A stretch of DNA of 64,000 bases from positions 5,984,001 to 6,048,000 of the forward strand of contig OY760175.1 of the NCBI GenBank assembly GCA_963663165.1. The letters are read 5' to 3'. Below the pieces are notes generated by a model. It ran no database searches. It saw only the letters and a program-made list of their open reading frames with translations, and was not told where the DNA came from. Every line of letters begins with the position of its first letter. Position 1 is the first letter of the stretch. A program made the translations under genes and the position numbers. Origin of the DNA: an uncultured Desulfospira sp. Its GTDB lineage: Bacteria > Desulfobacterota > Desulfobacteria > Desulfobacterales > Desulfobacteraceae. Below are positions 21,049-30,293 of this stretch, in pieces.

Positions 21049-21989
21049 GATATGAGACGGAGCCCGTCGGTTCCGAGCAGCGCAATCCGGCCCTCTTTGT
21101 ACAACTTGCCCACGGCCCGCTTGAACTCCTTCTTGCTCATGGAAAAGGCGGCCTGGATCTCTTCGGGCCGGCTTTTGTCATGGCAGGGGCTGGCGCCGCC
21201 ATTGGCAGAAAGGACCGCTATTATTTTTTCGGCCGATCCCCCCACCGAGGCATAGCCCGGCTGTTTGAGGGTCAGGTCCACCTTGCCGTCCTCCCGGATC
21301 CGCAGGACATATCCTTTGCATGTGTCGCCCACGGCCAGGTCTTCAAACGTCTCGGTTTTATAGAGCAGTCCTGTGCGGGAACGGTTGATAACGGCGGTAT
21401 AGCCGATGGGGCTGATGCTGTGGATGATGAGATCCACCTTTTGCCCTGCTGCCAGATCCCGGGCATCGGCGTCGCAGAATCCTGCCGTCAGGGTGGAGCC
21501 AAAAATCCTGTGGGAAGACTTGTCCAGGCATATCTTTACCAGATGGGTTTCCCCGGGTTCCATCCGGTCTTCCTGTTCGCTTCGGGGAACCAGCAGGTCT
21601 TTTTCAAGGCCCCAGTCCATGAAGATGCCAAAGGCCGCCGTATCCCGGACTTTCAGCCCCACGATATCCCCCACCACCCCGGCCGGGGTCAGGGTCGTGG
21701 CCACGGGCCGGTCCTCGGAATCGGTATGAACAAAGACGCGGATGATCTGCCCGACGGCAACGCCTTCCGGCACGTACTTATTGGGGAGGAGAACCCTGTC
21801 ACGGCCAAAGCTCAGATAGACCCCGTAATCCGAGAGGTTTTCAACGGGCAGATCGTGGAACTGGCCCACGACCGCCTTGGGATCCTGGGCCAGAAAGGGA
21901 TGGGATTGCCTGGACGAGGAACGTTTCTGGCCGGCTGCACGTTTTTTTTCTGCCTGTTTCCAGGGGGGAGTATATGCTGACGCTGACAT
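21045..21989 (-). CDS. CvfB family S1 RNA-binding domain protein
   Basis: VFVHTDSEDRPVATT, FMDWGLEKDLLVP and FSMSKKEFKRAVGKLYK motifs. Confidence 0.9.
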   Translation of the reverse strand: MSASAYTPPWKQAEKKRAAGQKRSSSRQSHPFLAQDPKAVVGQFHDLPVENLSDYGVYLSFGRDRVLLPNKYVPEGVAVGQIIRVFVHTDSEDRPVATTLTPAGVVGDIVGLKVRDTAAFGIFMDWGLEKDLLVPRSEQEDRMEPGETHLVKICLDKSSHRIFGSTLTAGFCDADARDLAAGQKVDLIIHSISPIGYTAVINRSRTGLLYKTETFEDLAVGDTCKGYVLRIREDGKVDLTLKQPGYASVGGSAEKIIAVLSANGGASPCHDKSRPEEIQAAFSMSKKEFKRAVGKLYKEGRIALLGTDGLRLIS

Positions 21990-22142
21990 GGTGGTTATGG
22001 TTCTTTCTTGAAGGGTTGATGAAATGTAATACTCAATTATAGCATATTCATGTCTGCATATCCATGGCCGGCGTCACCGGATGTGCCGGTAATATTCCTG
22101 CATCACAGTTTCTGGTACCATGCCATCCCCCGCTGCCCAGGC

Positions 22143-22194
22143 ATCGGGGGACACCTTACATAATTCCTAATAATTAAATAAGATGTCCCCCGAT
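22143..22194. repeat. Inverted-repeat element at the left edge of the island
   Basis: ATCGGGGGACA.CTTA...TAAG.TGTCCCCCGAT with an AT-rich loop. Confidence 0.75.
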
Positions 22195-22362
22195 TTTCGG
22201 CCCTAATGTGGGGCCAGTGAATTTATAGCGGCTATGCGTTTGCTAACCCTTAATCCCTGTTTTGGGGCCTAAAAAGGGCTGATTAAGGCGGAAATAGGGG
22301 CAGAAATTAAGGCTGTTTATTGTATTTTAAATACATTAGCGTGGCCCGACCCCATTTCAATT

Positions 22363-22507
22363 TCATACCCGTGTTACTTCCGATACATCCCGCTTGCCGA
22401 ACTCTTTTTGGAATACCGCCAGGAAGTACCGGTAATTTTGAATGGTGTTTTTTTGAATTGAGCTTTTGATACGCCAGAAAATTTTTAATTGCCTGTGAAA
22501 TTTTCAT
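22363..22507 (-). pseudogene. N-terminal remnant of a tyrosine site-specific integrase
   Basis: MKISQAIKNFLAYQKLNSKK, then a frame change at an A7 run giving TIQNYRYFLAVFQKEFGKRDVSEVT; integrase N-terminal (SAM-like) style. Confidence 0.65.
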
Positions 22508-22565
22508 GATAATACCCTCCTTCTAATGGTGCTATTGAATAACCTATTAAAAGGTGCTATTATTT

Positions 22566-22581
22566 GGTCTATTAATAGACC
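22566..22581. promoter_or_regulatory. Perfect 16 bp palindrome, putative TA operator
   Basis: GGTCTATTAATAGACC, 20 bp upstream of the antitoxin ATG. Confidence 0.65.
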
Positions 22582-22601
22582 TAAAATATAAAAGGTGGAT
22601 A

Positions 22602-22871
22602 ATGAAAGCAAAATTTTCAGAGGATATTGTTCCGATAAGCGACCTTAAAGCGAATCCCGGGAGAATTGTTCGACAGGTTCAGGAAGGTCACCGGCCAGTT
22701 GTTTTAACAAATCGTGGCCGGGGTGTCGCAGTCGTTCAATCTCTTAGTGATTTTGAGGCCGAGTCTGAGGAACGTTCCTTCATGAAAGGTGTCCTTAAAG
22801 GCATGGTTGACTTAGAAGAAGGAAGAGAGTTTAGCCTTCAAGATGTGAAAAAACGTCTTAATCTTAAATAA
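22602..22871 (+). CDS. Type II antitoxin, Phd/YefM family
   Basis: PISDLKANPGRIVRQV....RPVVLTNRGRGVAVV; start set at MKAKFSED. Confidence 0.9.
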   Translation: MKAKFSEDIVPISDLKANPGRIVRQVQEGHRPVVLTNRGRGVAVVQSLSDFEAESEERSFMKGVLKGMVDLEEGREFSLQDVKKRLNLK

Positions 22872-22872
22872 T

Positions 22873-23172
22873 ATGCCGAAACATTTAAAAATTTCGTTTG
22901 CTCTCTCGGCTGTTACTGATCTGGAAGATGTTCTTGAATTTTACAAAGAGCAAAAAGTTCCTCATGTTGGTGAAAGACTTGTTCAAAAAATTTTTCAAGA
23001 CATAGAGATTCTTTCAGAACAACCTGACATTGGAAGAATTGTTCCCGAGTTCGATTTAACACACTTAAGGGAATTGATACGCCCGCCCTTTAGAATAGTT
23101 TATCGCAGGGATACGGACAAAATCAGAATAGTCAGGGTTTGGCGCAGTGAAAGATTATTAATTTTGCCTTAA
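22873..23172 (+). CDS. Type II toxin, RelE/ParE family
   Basis: SAVTDLEDV, PDIGRIVPE, RELIRPPFRIVY and IVRVWRSER; 1 nt after the antitoxin. Confidence 0.9.
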   Translation: MPKHLKISFALSAVTDLEDVLEFYKEQKVPHVGERLVQKIFQDIEILSEQPDIGRIVPEFDLTHLRELIRPPFRIVYRRDTDKIRIVRVWRSERLLILP

Positions 23173-23525
23173 AGCAATAAACCTGCATTTCTTAGCATCG
23201 ACATTGCTATCCTGAAAACACTGACGTTACAATAGCTCGAAAAAGTCTGTGCCGGGGCCATGCGTACTTGATCTGTTATTGCTGATGGGGCTGAAGCTCG
23301 GAAATGAGTTTTTTGATACCATAATTGCGGTCTGCTAAAAAAATTGAATTAGTAGGAATCGGAAACTCCAGGATACACGTAATATTGCTCGCCGGTTTGA
23401 TGATTTAAAACGTATGGAAGTACAGGGAACGTCTGAGGTCTTTATTCTCCTGAAAAATGGGCTGTCTTGGGGATAGTCCTCTCTATAAAAATAATTCTAT
23501 ATGTCATTTTTAGACCACTGGTCGA

Positions 23526-24692
23526 TCATGAGGCCATGCGCATAATAATGCACTTGAACAGATTGCCCTCACGATCATCAATGAAGTCAATATCCGGGTA
23601 CTTTTCAAGAGCACGCAGGATACCTGACCCAAAGCCACGGTAGGGTAAAATCTGATAAGCAAAAGAGGCTAAAACAGGATTGCGGGTGTTCGAATTTCCT
23701 GATTTTATATTGACCACGGTCAAATTGTTGGGAAGATGTCCCGGACTAATGATCTCGATACGATCAGAGAAAACAAACACCCGAATTGGAGCCTGAACAA
23801 AATAGTCTCGGTGAACCAGTGCATTTGTTACAAGTTCCTCCAGGACGATCTTAGGTATTTCAGGTTGCCCGGGACTGTTTATTCCCTGTTCGCCCTGAAC
23901 CTGCTTGGTATTCGAAAGAATGAAACCTACTGTTTGCTGAAAAATATCGGAGATCTTTCCCGTGATATCACGACTATCAATATAAGACTCAGTTGTTATG
24001 GATAGGCCAGGAAATGCAGCCGCTTTCACAATGTATGAGGGCAACCGGTTTGAAGGAGTCTGAGAAAACAGCAATGCTCCCGTAAGATTCAAATTGCCGT
24101 TTTCACCCAGGTTTAAATTTGTTATCAACTGCTCAAGCCCAATCTGTTGTTCATCTAAAGGCTTGTCATAGCGTTTTTGAAAGAATGCCCTAAAATATGG
24201 CATATCAAGATCCGAAACAGTTATTCCGTTAGCCGGGATAATATCGGCATGAAGCATTCCGGATGATTGAAACAGACGTTGTAATTCTTCCCTTGAAGTT
24301 GCCTTTCGTTTATCGGCTCCGTTCTTCACCCAGATGGCTCCGTTTTTATCCTGGTATGGTTTATTGATCCCTTTGGGGACATCAATAATCAGAATTCGTT
24401 TGCCGTCTATTGTCACAATTTCTGTGAGCGGATTGATAGCTGGCTTAACATTTTGGCTGGCTGCATTGGAAATCAGTTGATTTATGCGGTGCAAATCCAG
24501 TGATGAAAGCCCAACAATTTCGCCTTTTTTTTCGGCGTTTTCGTCTACGCCAACAAATATTTTACCTCCAAGTGTATTGCTGAAGGCAATTAGCTCAATG
24601 GCCAATGAATCGATATTATTTACATCCTTTTTGAACTGATTTCGGCTGTCTTCACCCTGGGCCAGGATCTGTAATATTTCTACGGTTTCCAT
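23526..24692 (-). CDS. Schlafen/AlbA_2 domain protein with C-terminal HATPase_c_4 (RecG-C-like) domain
   Basis: GEDSRNQFK...AFSNTLGGKIFVGVD; EELVTNALVHRDY...FSDRIEIISPG...RNP...GSGI. Confidence 0.85.
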   Translation of the reverse strand: METVEILQILAQGEDSRNQFKKDVNNIDSLAIELIAFSNTLGGKIFVGVDENAEKKGEIVGLSSLDLHRINQLISNAASQNVKPAINPLTEIVTIDGKRILIIDVPKGINKPYQDKNGAIWVKNGADKRKATSREELQRLFQSSGMLHADIIPANGITVSDLDMPYFRAFFQKRYDKPLDEQQIGLEQLITNLNLGENGNLNLTGALLFSQTPSNRLPSYIVKAAAFPGLSITTESYIDSRDITGKISDIFQQTVGFILSNTKQVQGEQGINSPGQPEIPKIVLEELVTNALVHRDYFVQAPIRVFVFSDRIEIISPGHLPNNLTVVNIKSGNSNTRNPVLASFAYQILPYRGFGSGILRALEKYPDIDFIDDREGNLFKCIIMRMAS

Positions 24693-27331
24693 ATCTGATA
24701 AATCTCCTTACGACGATCAAAGGCTTCTTTACCGCCTTCCATGATTTTAACGATTGTCTTTTGAGTCGCATTATTATCAATGCTGCCACTGAGAATGGTT
24801 CCCTTGTTATCCATAAAGGAACAGGCATGGACCAGGTCAGCGTCTCCCAACACGGGAATATTCGGGTTGTGAGTGGCAAAAATAAACTGAACCTCTGATT
24901 TCATCCCCTGAATCAACTTAATGACGTCTTCGTAGATCGTCTGGTTATCGAGATCATCTTCTGGTTGGTCGATTATGATCACATCATTCTCTTTCTGACT
25001 GAGAACAAAAAGAATCAATGCGGAAGCTCGCTGTCCTAAAGAATGGTCCTGCAATTCTTTGCCTCGGTATAGAATCGCAAACTTATTAGGCGTTTGGAAA
25101 GTCAGCAGACTCTTCAAATTTTTCAAAAACAGATCAGTGAGCGTCTGTGGATTGCTGCCAAAATAAAGTTTTGCATTTTCAAAATCCTTGTATATGGCTA
25201 CAAAATCTACATATTGCTCTGCTATTCCCTGGTAGGTCGTTTCTCGGATACCACTTCCTTTAAACATATCCTTCATGAATGATATGAAGGCTGCCTTATC
25301 CCCTTTGTAGTCGGAAGTAATGGATATTGATGAGCTATCAGTTCCAACCTTATCCAGTTCATCCTTGATCAAATTAAATTCCTGCAACCAAAGCTCATTA
25401 AGTTTTTTCAACTCCACCAACAGTTGGTCTTGAAGCGATTTCTTCTGATCACCCTGTTTTTCCATTGCGGTAATAAGCTGGGTTGCCGTAGCTAATTTTC
25501 TTTTCAAGTTCAGAAATTCATCTGAGCTAATGTTTTGGGTTCCGCTGCTCTTCAGATCTTCGGCAAGCTTACGTTCGATCTGTGCAAATTCCTCTACCAT
25601 CCCTTTACGGATATCAGACAGCTTGGCCTGGCCGGCAACCAATAGCTGTTTTGTAGTCTTTTCATTTACCAGCCAGTTTTTAACAGATTCAATAAAAGAA
25701 ATATACGACTCATACTGCTGATAGAACTTTTGAAATAACTCATTATTGTGCTTGGACTGATAGCCACGGAAATTACGCATGTCATCTTCATGCTGTGCCA
25801 GCAAGCTTTCCAGGTCGGAAACAAAATGTGATGCAAGCTGAACCCCTTTTTGCATCAAACGCACATCGCTGTCAAAATCGAGACGTTTCTGAAGCTTTTC
25901 CTCTACACCATGCTCCTTGTAAAAATTCAGTCGATGCTGTGTATCCTGTTTAATCTGCTTTTGCTCGGCAATCTGATCCTGAACGTTATTTACCTTCAAC
26001 AGACGATCAACTGCCTCCGTAACATTTCCTTTTTGTAGCGCTATCTGGCGTCGTACCCCATCCAGCTTTGAACCAAGCAGTTTATAAACCAAATCCTTTT
26101 CAAAGCCTTCTCCGGTATTAGACAGATCCTTTTGCCCAAAGTAGATGGGCTTGCGCAATACGGTTTCACGGATCGAGACACCCGGCTGCAATTTACCGTC
26201 TATCAATACTTCGGAAAAAGGTTCCTTCCATACCCTTCGAATAGTATATAGCTGGCTGTAACGGTCAACGGCCTCAATCTCAACCTTGCCACCACTGCCA
26301 AGCGTGAAACCTACCAGTTTTTGCTTATAATCCTGATCCCCTGCTTTTTCTCCAAATGGAATTTCCAATGCATAGCGAAACACTTCCAGCACAGATGATT
26401 TCCCGCTGCCACGGATTCCGATCAGTGTGTTTAATTCCGCAGAGAAATGAAGTTGCTGATCTTTCAGCGTACCCCCTGTAAAGCGTATAGAACGAATGCG
26501 GGAATGTTTATGCTGAACCGGTTCATCAGAAACCCGGTTATCCTTATCAATCAAAGCAAATTTAACCGCATCAAATGAAAAGGCGCCCAGCTTTAAATAA
26601 CATTTTTTGCCATTTCCGATATCAGCTATGGATTTGCAATCAGATCCTTCTACTTCTGCCGGATACCAATTCCCAAGCCATCCTTTTACTTTGATTCGAC
26701 ATACTGCGTTAGGTTTGTCGTGAGTTTGAACCTTCTGAAACCCAAGAGTCCTGCGACGTACCGATTCATATCTTTTATCTTTGAAATCCCCAAGCTTTCC
26801 GCCCCCCATTTCGCTCCATAAGCCACTTCTCTGCTCTACATGGGCGAAAACCAGAAAATAATCGCGCCCCGTCTTCTCCAGTTCCTCAACCGCCTGAAGG
26901 ATGTTTTTATCACTTCTGCCATTTTCGTTCTGATACTCTAATTCGGCTTTCCCGGGAAACATGGTGGTAATGAAAGGCGATATATAATCGTTGCCGTTCT
27001 CAAGCCACTGATCACTGAAAACAATCAAGGTATGAACACCGTTTGATCCGTCATTTACGGACAACTCAACCCCCGGAAGCAAACAGATGTCTCTGTTTTT
27101 TGCTGTCTTCCTGAGTGCGTTGAATTCACCGGCATCAAACTTATTGTGGTTGGTTATTACACCAAGTCGAATCCCGGCCTTGTTCAACCCTTTTATATAA
27201 TTTGAATAATAATAGTCTTTATCCTCAGAATATTTGAATTCCTGATCCGCATTGGTGTGAAGATGAAAATCAGCCCTGAGCCAGGTAGCGCCATATATAA
27301 ATATCTCAGAAGTTTTTGAATCATTGCTCAT
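24680..27331 (-). CDS. PHP-domain + coiled-coil ABC/SMC-type ATPase (Ppl/TrlF-like)
   Basis: ADFHLHT, ITNHN, GVELS, AHV and GSD PHP motifs; Walker A GIRGSGKS, SLGQR, IIIDQPEDDLD, THN; GGAGG RBS before the ATG at 27331. Confidence 0.88.
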   Translation of the reverse strand: MSNDSKTSEIFIYGATWLRADFHLHTNADQEFKYSEDKDYYYSNYIKGLNKAGIRLGVITNHNKFDAGEFNALRKTAKNRDICLLPGVELSVNDGSNGVHTLIVFSDQWLENGNDYISPFITTMFPGKAELEYQNENGRSDKNILQAVEELEKTGRDYFLVFAHVEQRSGLWSEMGGGKLGDFKDKRYESVRRRTLGFQKVQTHDKPNAVCRIKVKGWLGNWYPAEVEGSDCKSIADIGNGKKCYLKLGAFSFDAVKFALIDKDNRVSDEPVQHKHSRIRSIRFTGGTLKDQQLHFSAELNTLIGIRGSGKSSVLEVFRYALEIPFGEKAGDQDYKQKLVGFTLGSGGKVEIEAVDRYSQLYTIRRVWKEPFSEVLIDGKLQPGVSIRETVLRKPIYFGQKDLSNTGEGFEKDLVYKLLGSKLDGVRRQIALQKGNVTEAVDRLLKVNNVQDQIAEQKQIKQDTQHRLNFYKEHGVEEKLQKRLDFDSDVRLMQKGVQLASHFVSDLESLLAQHEDDMRNFRGYQSKHNNELFQKFYQQYESYISFIESVKNWLVNEKTTKQLLVAGQAKLSDIRKGMVEEFAQIERKLAEDLKSSGTQNISSDEFLNLKRKLATATQLITAMEKQGDQKKSLQDQLLVELKKLNELWLQEFNLIKDELDKVGTDSSSISITSDYKGDKAAFISFMKDMFKGSGIRETTYQGIAEQYVDFVAIYKDFENAKLYFGSNPQTLTDLFLKNLKSLLTFQTPNKFAILYRGKELQDHSLGQRASALILFVLSQKENDVIIIDQPEDDLDNQTIYEDVIKLIQGMKSEVQFIFATHNPNIPVLGDADLVHACSFMDNKGTILSGSIDNNATQKTIVKIMEGGKEAFDRRKEIYQIWKP

Positions 27332-27510
27332 TTCTAAAACCTCCCTTTCTGTATATTCCGTGTGTTCTATTCTGTGTTTTACGGCGCCTTGTCTTTGGTA
27401 GAACCATAATCTTCTCCCTACCAATCCGCATTCAGGTACTTTTTGAGTTGTCCTGCATTGAGTACCTCGTAAACACCAAGTTCTGTTGTATTATCCAGCC
27501 GCTCCATTGT

Positions 27511-27708
27511 TTACTGTTCTTTTCTTTCCGGTTTGTCCACCGCGCCACCGGAATGAACCCATTCATCAACCTCCTCCTTTTTAAACTTCCAAAGGCGTCC
27601 GACTTTGTGGGCAGGAATAATTCTTTTAGAAAGCCACTTATAGATCGTGTCCTTCTTAACCCCCAAATACTCAGATATGTCAGCTACAGACAACCACCTG
27701 TCATCCAT
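27511..27708 (-). CDS. Excisionase-like helix-turn-helix DNA-binding protein
   Basis: DRWLSVADISEYLGVKKDTIYKW....IPAHKVGRLWKFKKEEVDEW. Confidence 0.88.
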   Translation of the reverse strand: MDDRWLSVADISEYLGVKKDTIYKWLSKRIIPAHKVGRLWKFKKEEVDEWVHSGGAVDKPERKEQ

Positions 27709-27843
27709 TGACTTTCCTTTAAAAAATATCAATAAATCCGAATAAATCATATTTAATCATAATAATTTTTAGTAGATAGAAGATATATTAACTATAGTCA
27801 ACGAAAAATCAAAAAATCTGTATTAGCATTTTTTACTGAGGAT

Positions 27844-27899
27844 TATGTCAAAAACGAAAGCTCCAGTCGCTAAATTCAAAACCCCGGACTAATTATTAA
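27844..27899. repeat. att-like direct repeat, copy 1
   Basis: TATGTCAAAAA-N19-ATTCAAAACCCCGGACTA-a-TTATTAA. Confidence 0.75.
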
Positions 27900-28055
27900 C
27901 ATTCAACACTTTGATATTATTTGTTTTTCTGGGTTTTTGATTTGGATAATGAGCGAGCCCTATGTCTATGACCTGTCGCTATTGTCCCGAAAAGGACCGT
28001 AAGCACTGGCGTTTCTATTGTTGGGGATTGGATTCATTCCAATCCCCTTCGAATT

Positions 28056-28466
28056 TTACCGGTAAATATTCTCAATCCAATACATGGCCTCAGTGTCGCT
28101 GATTTTGCCCAGATACCGTTGGGTGGTAGACAGGTTGGAATGCCGAAGAATGATTTTTGACACGATTTCAATCGGAACTCCTGATCGGCTGGCATATGTG
28201 GCGGCATGTCTCCGAAGATCATGAGGTTTTACATCTATACCTATTTTCTTCCCGGCATTTTTAACGATCTCCCGGGCTCGGGTATATCCTAAAGGGAAAA
28301 CACGCTTATTATCCTGGATATTTTCAGCGGCAATGTATTCACGTAGTCGGTCCGCTACCTTTTGGGGAATAAAAACGACTTCAGATGCCCGGCCACTTTT
28401 GGGATTGGGCAAATGAAGTTTCCGATCCTGGACATCCTGGGGTTTCAACTTCAGGACTTCACCGAT
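28056..28466 (-). pseudogene. C-terminal remnant of a tyrosine site-specific integrase
   Basis: IGEVLKL..PKSG..PHDLRRHAAT..LRHSNLSTTQRY; truncated just at the first catalytic Arg (the usual R before IGE is absent). Confidence 0.88.
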
Positions 28467-28528
28467 CGAATCAGCATTCAATTACAGAAGTATTGTTGGG
28501 GGGGGATTAAAAATTCCTGACGGGGGAC

Positions 28529-28585
28529 TATGTCAAAAATAAAATGCAGTGACGCCCGGATTCAAAACCCCGGACTATTTATTAA
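28529..28585. repeat. att-like direct repeat, copy 2
   Basis: TATGTCAAAAA-N20-ATTCAAAACCCCGGACTA-t-TTATTAA. Confidence 0.75.
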
Positions 28586-28666
28586 TAGTCATACCCCATT
28601 CTAAGCCCTATAAAGTAAACTCGCTTATGGGGTAAATGCCGGACGGCTCCCTTTCGGTTTTGTTTT

Positions 28667-28705
28667 TTTACATCTTTTTTACAACTTGTTTACCTCCTGG
28701 TGACA
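28667..28705. promoter_or_regulatory. Four direct repeats with 11 bp period, putative OmpR/PhoB-type binding site
   Basis: TTTACA-N5-TTTACA-N5-TTTACC-N5-GTGACA upstream of the VWA gene. Confidence 0.55.
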
Positions 28706-28807
28706 CATCCGCAGGAAGGATCGTGTAGGCTTGAGCCCAACAGATAAAAATTGCCTTTTGCTTGCAGTTTTTATGAAAATTGACTAACTCAATTAAACAG
28801 GAGAAAC

Positions 28808-30175
28808 ATGATGAAAAAGTCAGCCTTTAAATTGGTTTTCGCGGCAATCGCCGGAATGATGGTTTGTTTTTTTTCGGATGCCGGGACTATCCCTGCCGCC
28901 GCCAATGCCGCTTCTTCCGGCAAAGTCTCCTGCCGGGTGGAAACGGACCGGTCTGTTTTTTATTCCGGGCAGTCCCAGACCGCGGTGCTCAAGGTTACCC
29001 TTGAAGCCCCGGCCCCGCCCATGGAACAGAACCGGCCCCGGGTCAACCTGTGCCTGGTCCTTGACCGGTCCGGCTCCATGAGCGGCGCCAAGATTGAAAA
29101 AACCAAATCCGCCGCCATTGAGGCGGTCCGGCGGCTGGGGTCCGGCGACATCTTTTCCCTGGTGGTCTATGATTCCAATGTCCAGACCCTTATCCCTGCC
29201 GGAAGGGTCAGGGATATCAACCAGATTGTCCGGACCATTGAACGGATTGAGTCCGGCGGAAACACGGCCCTGTTCGGTGGGGTCAGCCAGGGCGCGGCCG
29301 AGATCCGGAAATATCTGGAAGGCGATTACGTTAACCGGATTATTCTCTTGTCCGACGGTCTGGCCAATGTGGGGCCGGGGCTTCCCGAAGACCTTGGCCG
29401 GTTAGGGGCGGCCCTGCTCAAGGAAGATATCAGTGTTTCCACCATCGGGGTGGGCACCGATTATAACGAAGACCTCATGGCAAAGCTTTCCCAGAAAAGC
29501 GACGGCAATACCTATTTTGTGGAGTCGGAGAGAGATCTGCCCCGGATTTTCACGGCTGAGCTCGGGGATGTGTTAAACGTGGTGGCCAAACGGGTGGCGG
29601 TTAAGATCAATTTGGAAGACGGGGTCAAACCGGTTAAAATTATCGGCCGGGAAGGCCGAATCCGGGGGAATACCATCGAACTGTTCATGAATCAGCTTTA
29701 CGGCAGCCAGGAGAAATACGGCCTTATCGAAGTGACCCTGCCGGCTGCGGCTGAAGGCGCAACCCTCCAGGCGGCCAGGGCAACGGTCAGTTATGAAGAC
29801 CCGTTTACCCGGAAAAATGAAAGCGTTGAAGGCATCTCCCGGATATCCTTCAGCAAAGACCCGGGCCGTGTGGAAAAATCGGCCAATGTGGATGTGGTCA
29901 GAGAATACCAGCTCAACCTCAATGCCCTGGCCCAGGAAAAAGCCATTGAACTGTCTGACAAGGGGAAAACAAAGGAGGCCGCCCAATACCTGAAACAATC
30001 CGTTGACCAGCTTAAAAAAATCGGCCAGAAGTATGAAGACAAGGAACTTCTCCAGGAGGCTGAAGCCTCAGAAGTTCAGGCGGACGCCATTGAAGCCGAG
30101 GGCATGAGTAAAACCAGCCGGAAGGCCTTGAGGACCAAGGCCTACCAGATGAAAAACCAGCAGCAGACCAAATAA
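28808..30175 (+). CDS. Secreted VWA-domain protein (YfbK-like)
   Basis: Signal peptide; MIDAS VLDRSGSM, GNT, LLSDGLANVG. Confidence 0.88.
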   Translation: MMKKSAFKLVFAAIAGMMVCFFSDAGTIPAAANAASSGKVSCRVETDRSVFYSGQSQTAVLKVTLEAPAPPMEQNRPRVNLCLVLDRSGSMSGAKIEKTKSAAIEAVRRLGSGDIFSLVVYDSNVQTLIPAGRVRDINQIVRTIERIESGGNTALFGGVSQGAAEIRKYLEGDYVNRIILLSDGLANVGPGLPEDLGRLGAALLKEDISVSTIGVGTDYNEDLMAKLSQKSDGNTYFVESERDLPRIFTAELGDVLNVVAKRVAVKINLEDGVKPVKIIGREGRIRGNTIELFMNQLYGSQEKYGLIEVTLPAAAEGATLQAARATVSYEDPFTRKNESVEGISRISFSKDPGRVEKSANVDVVREYQLNLNALAQEKAIELSDKGKTKEAAQYLKQSVDQLKKIGQKYEDKELLQEAEASEVQADAIEAEGMSKTSRKALRTKAYQMKNQQQTK

Positions 30176-30184
30176 CCTGAACCG

Positions 30185-30220
30185 GACAGGGCCCGGAACT
30201 CCGGGCCCTGTCTTGTTATT
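30185..30220 (+). terminator. Stem-loop/terminator after the VWA gene
   Basis: GACAGGGCCCGGA/TCCGGGCCCTGTC followed by a T-rich tail. Confidence 0.65.
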
Positions 30221-30293
30221 AACCAATAGGGACCAAACCACTACAACAAACCATGAAAACCAAGGGCTAACAGCTAAGAGCTAACAGCTAAAC

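Larger units (their letters stand above)
22143..28633. mobile_element. Degenerate integrative island (TA pair, defence-like genes, excisionase-like HTH, integrase remnants)
   Basis: Visibly AT-richer than the flanks; integrase fragments at both ends; boundaries approximate. Confidence 0.75.

Noticed and set aside
22307..22507. Intact 66 aa protein
   Set aside because: The integrase-like sequence continues in another frame after the A7 run, so the in-frame tail looks spurious
23173..23525. Possible gene remnant between the toxin and the Schlafen gene (also 19900-20100 and 18765-19000)
   Set aside because: Only short interrupted frames with no family I can recognise
27332..27424. Longer N-terminus for the PHP-ATPase as given in the ORF track
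   Set aside because: A GGAGG RBS precedes the ATG at 27331; the extension has no support
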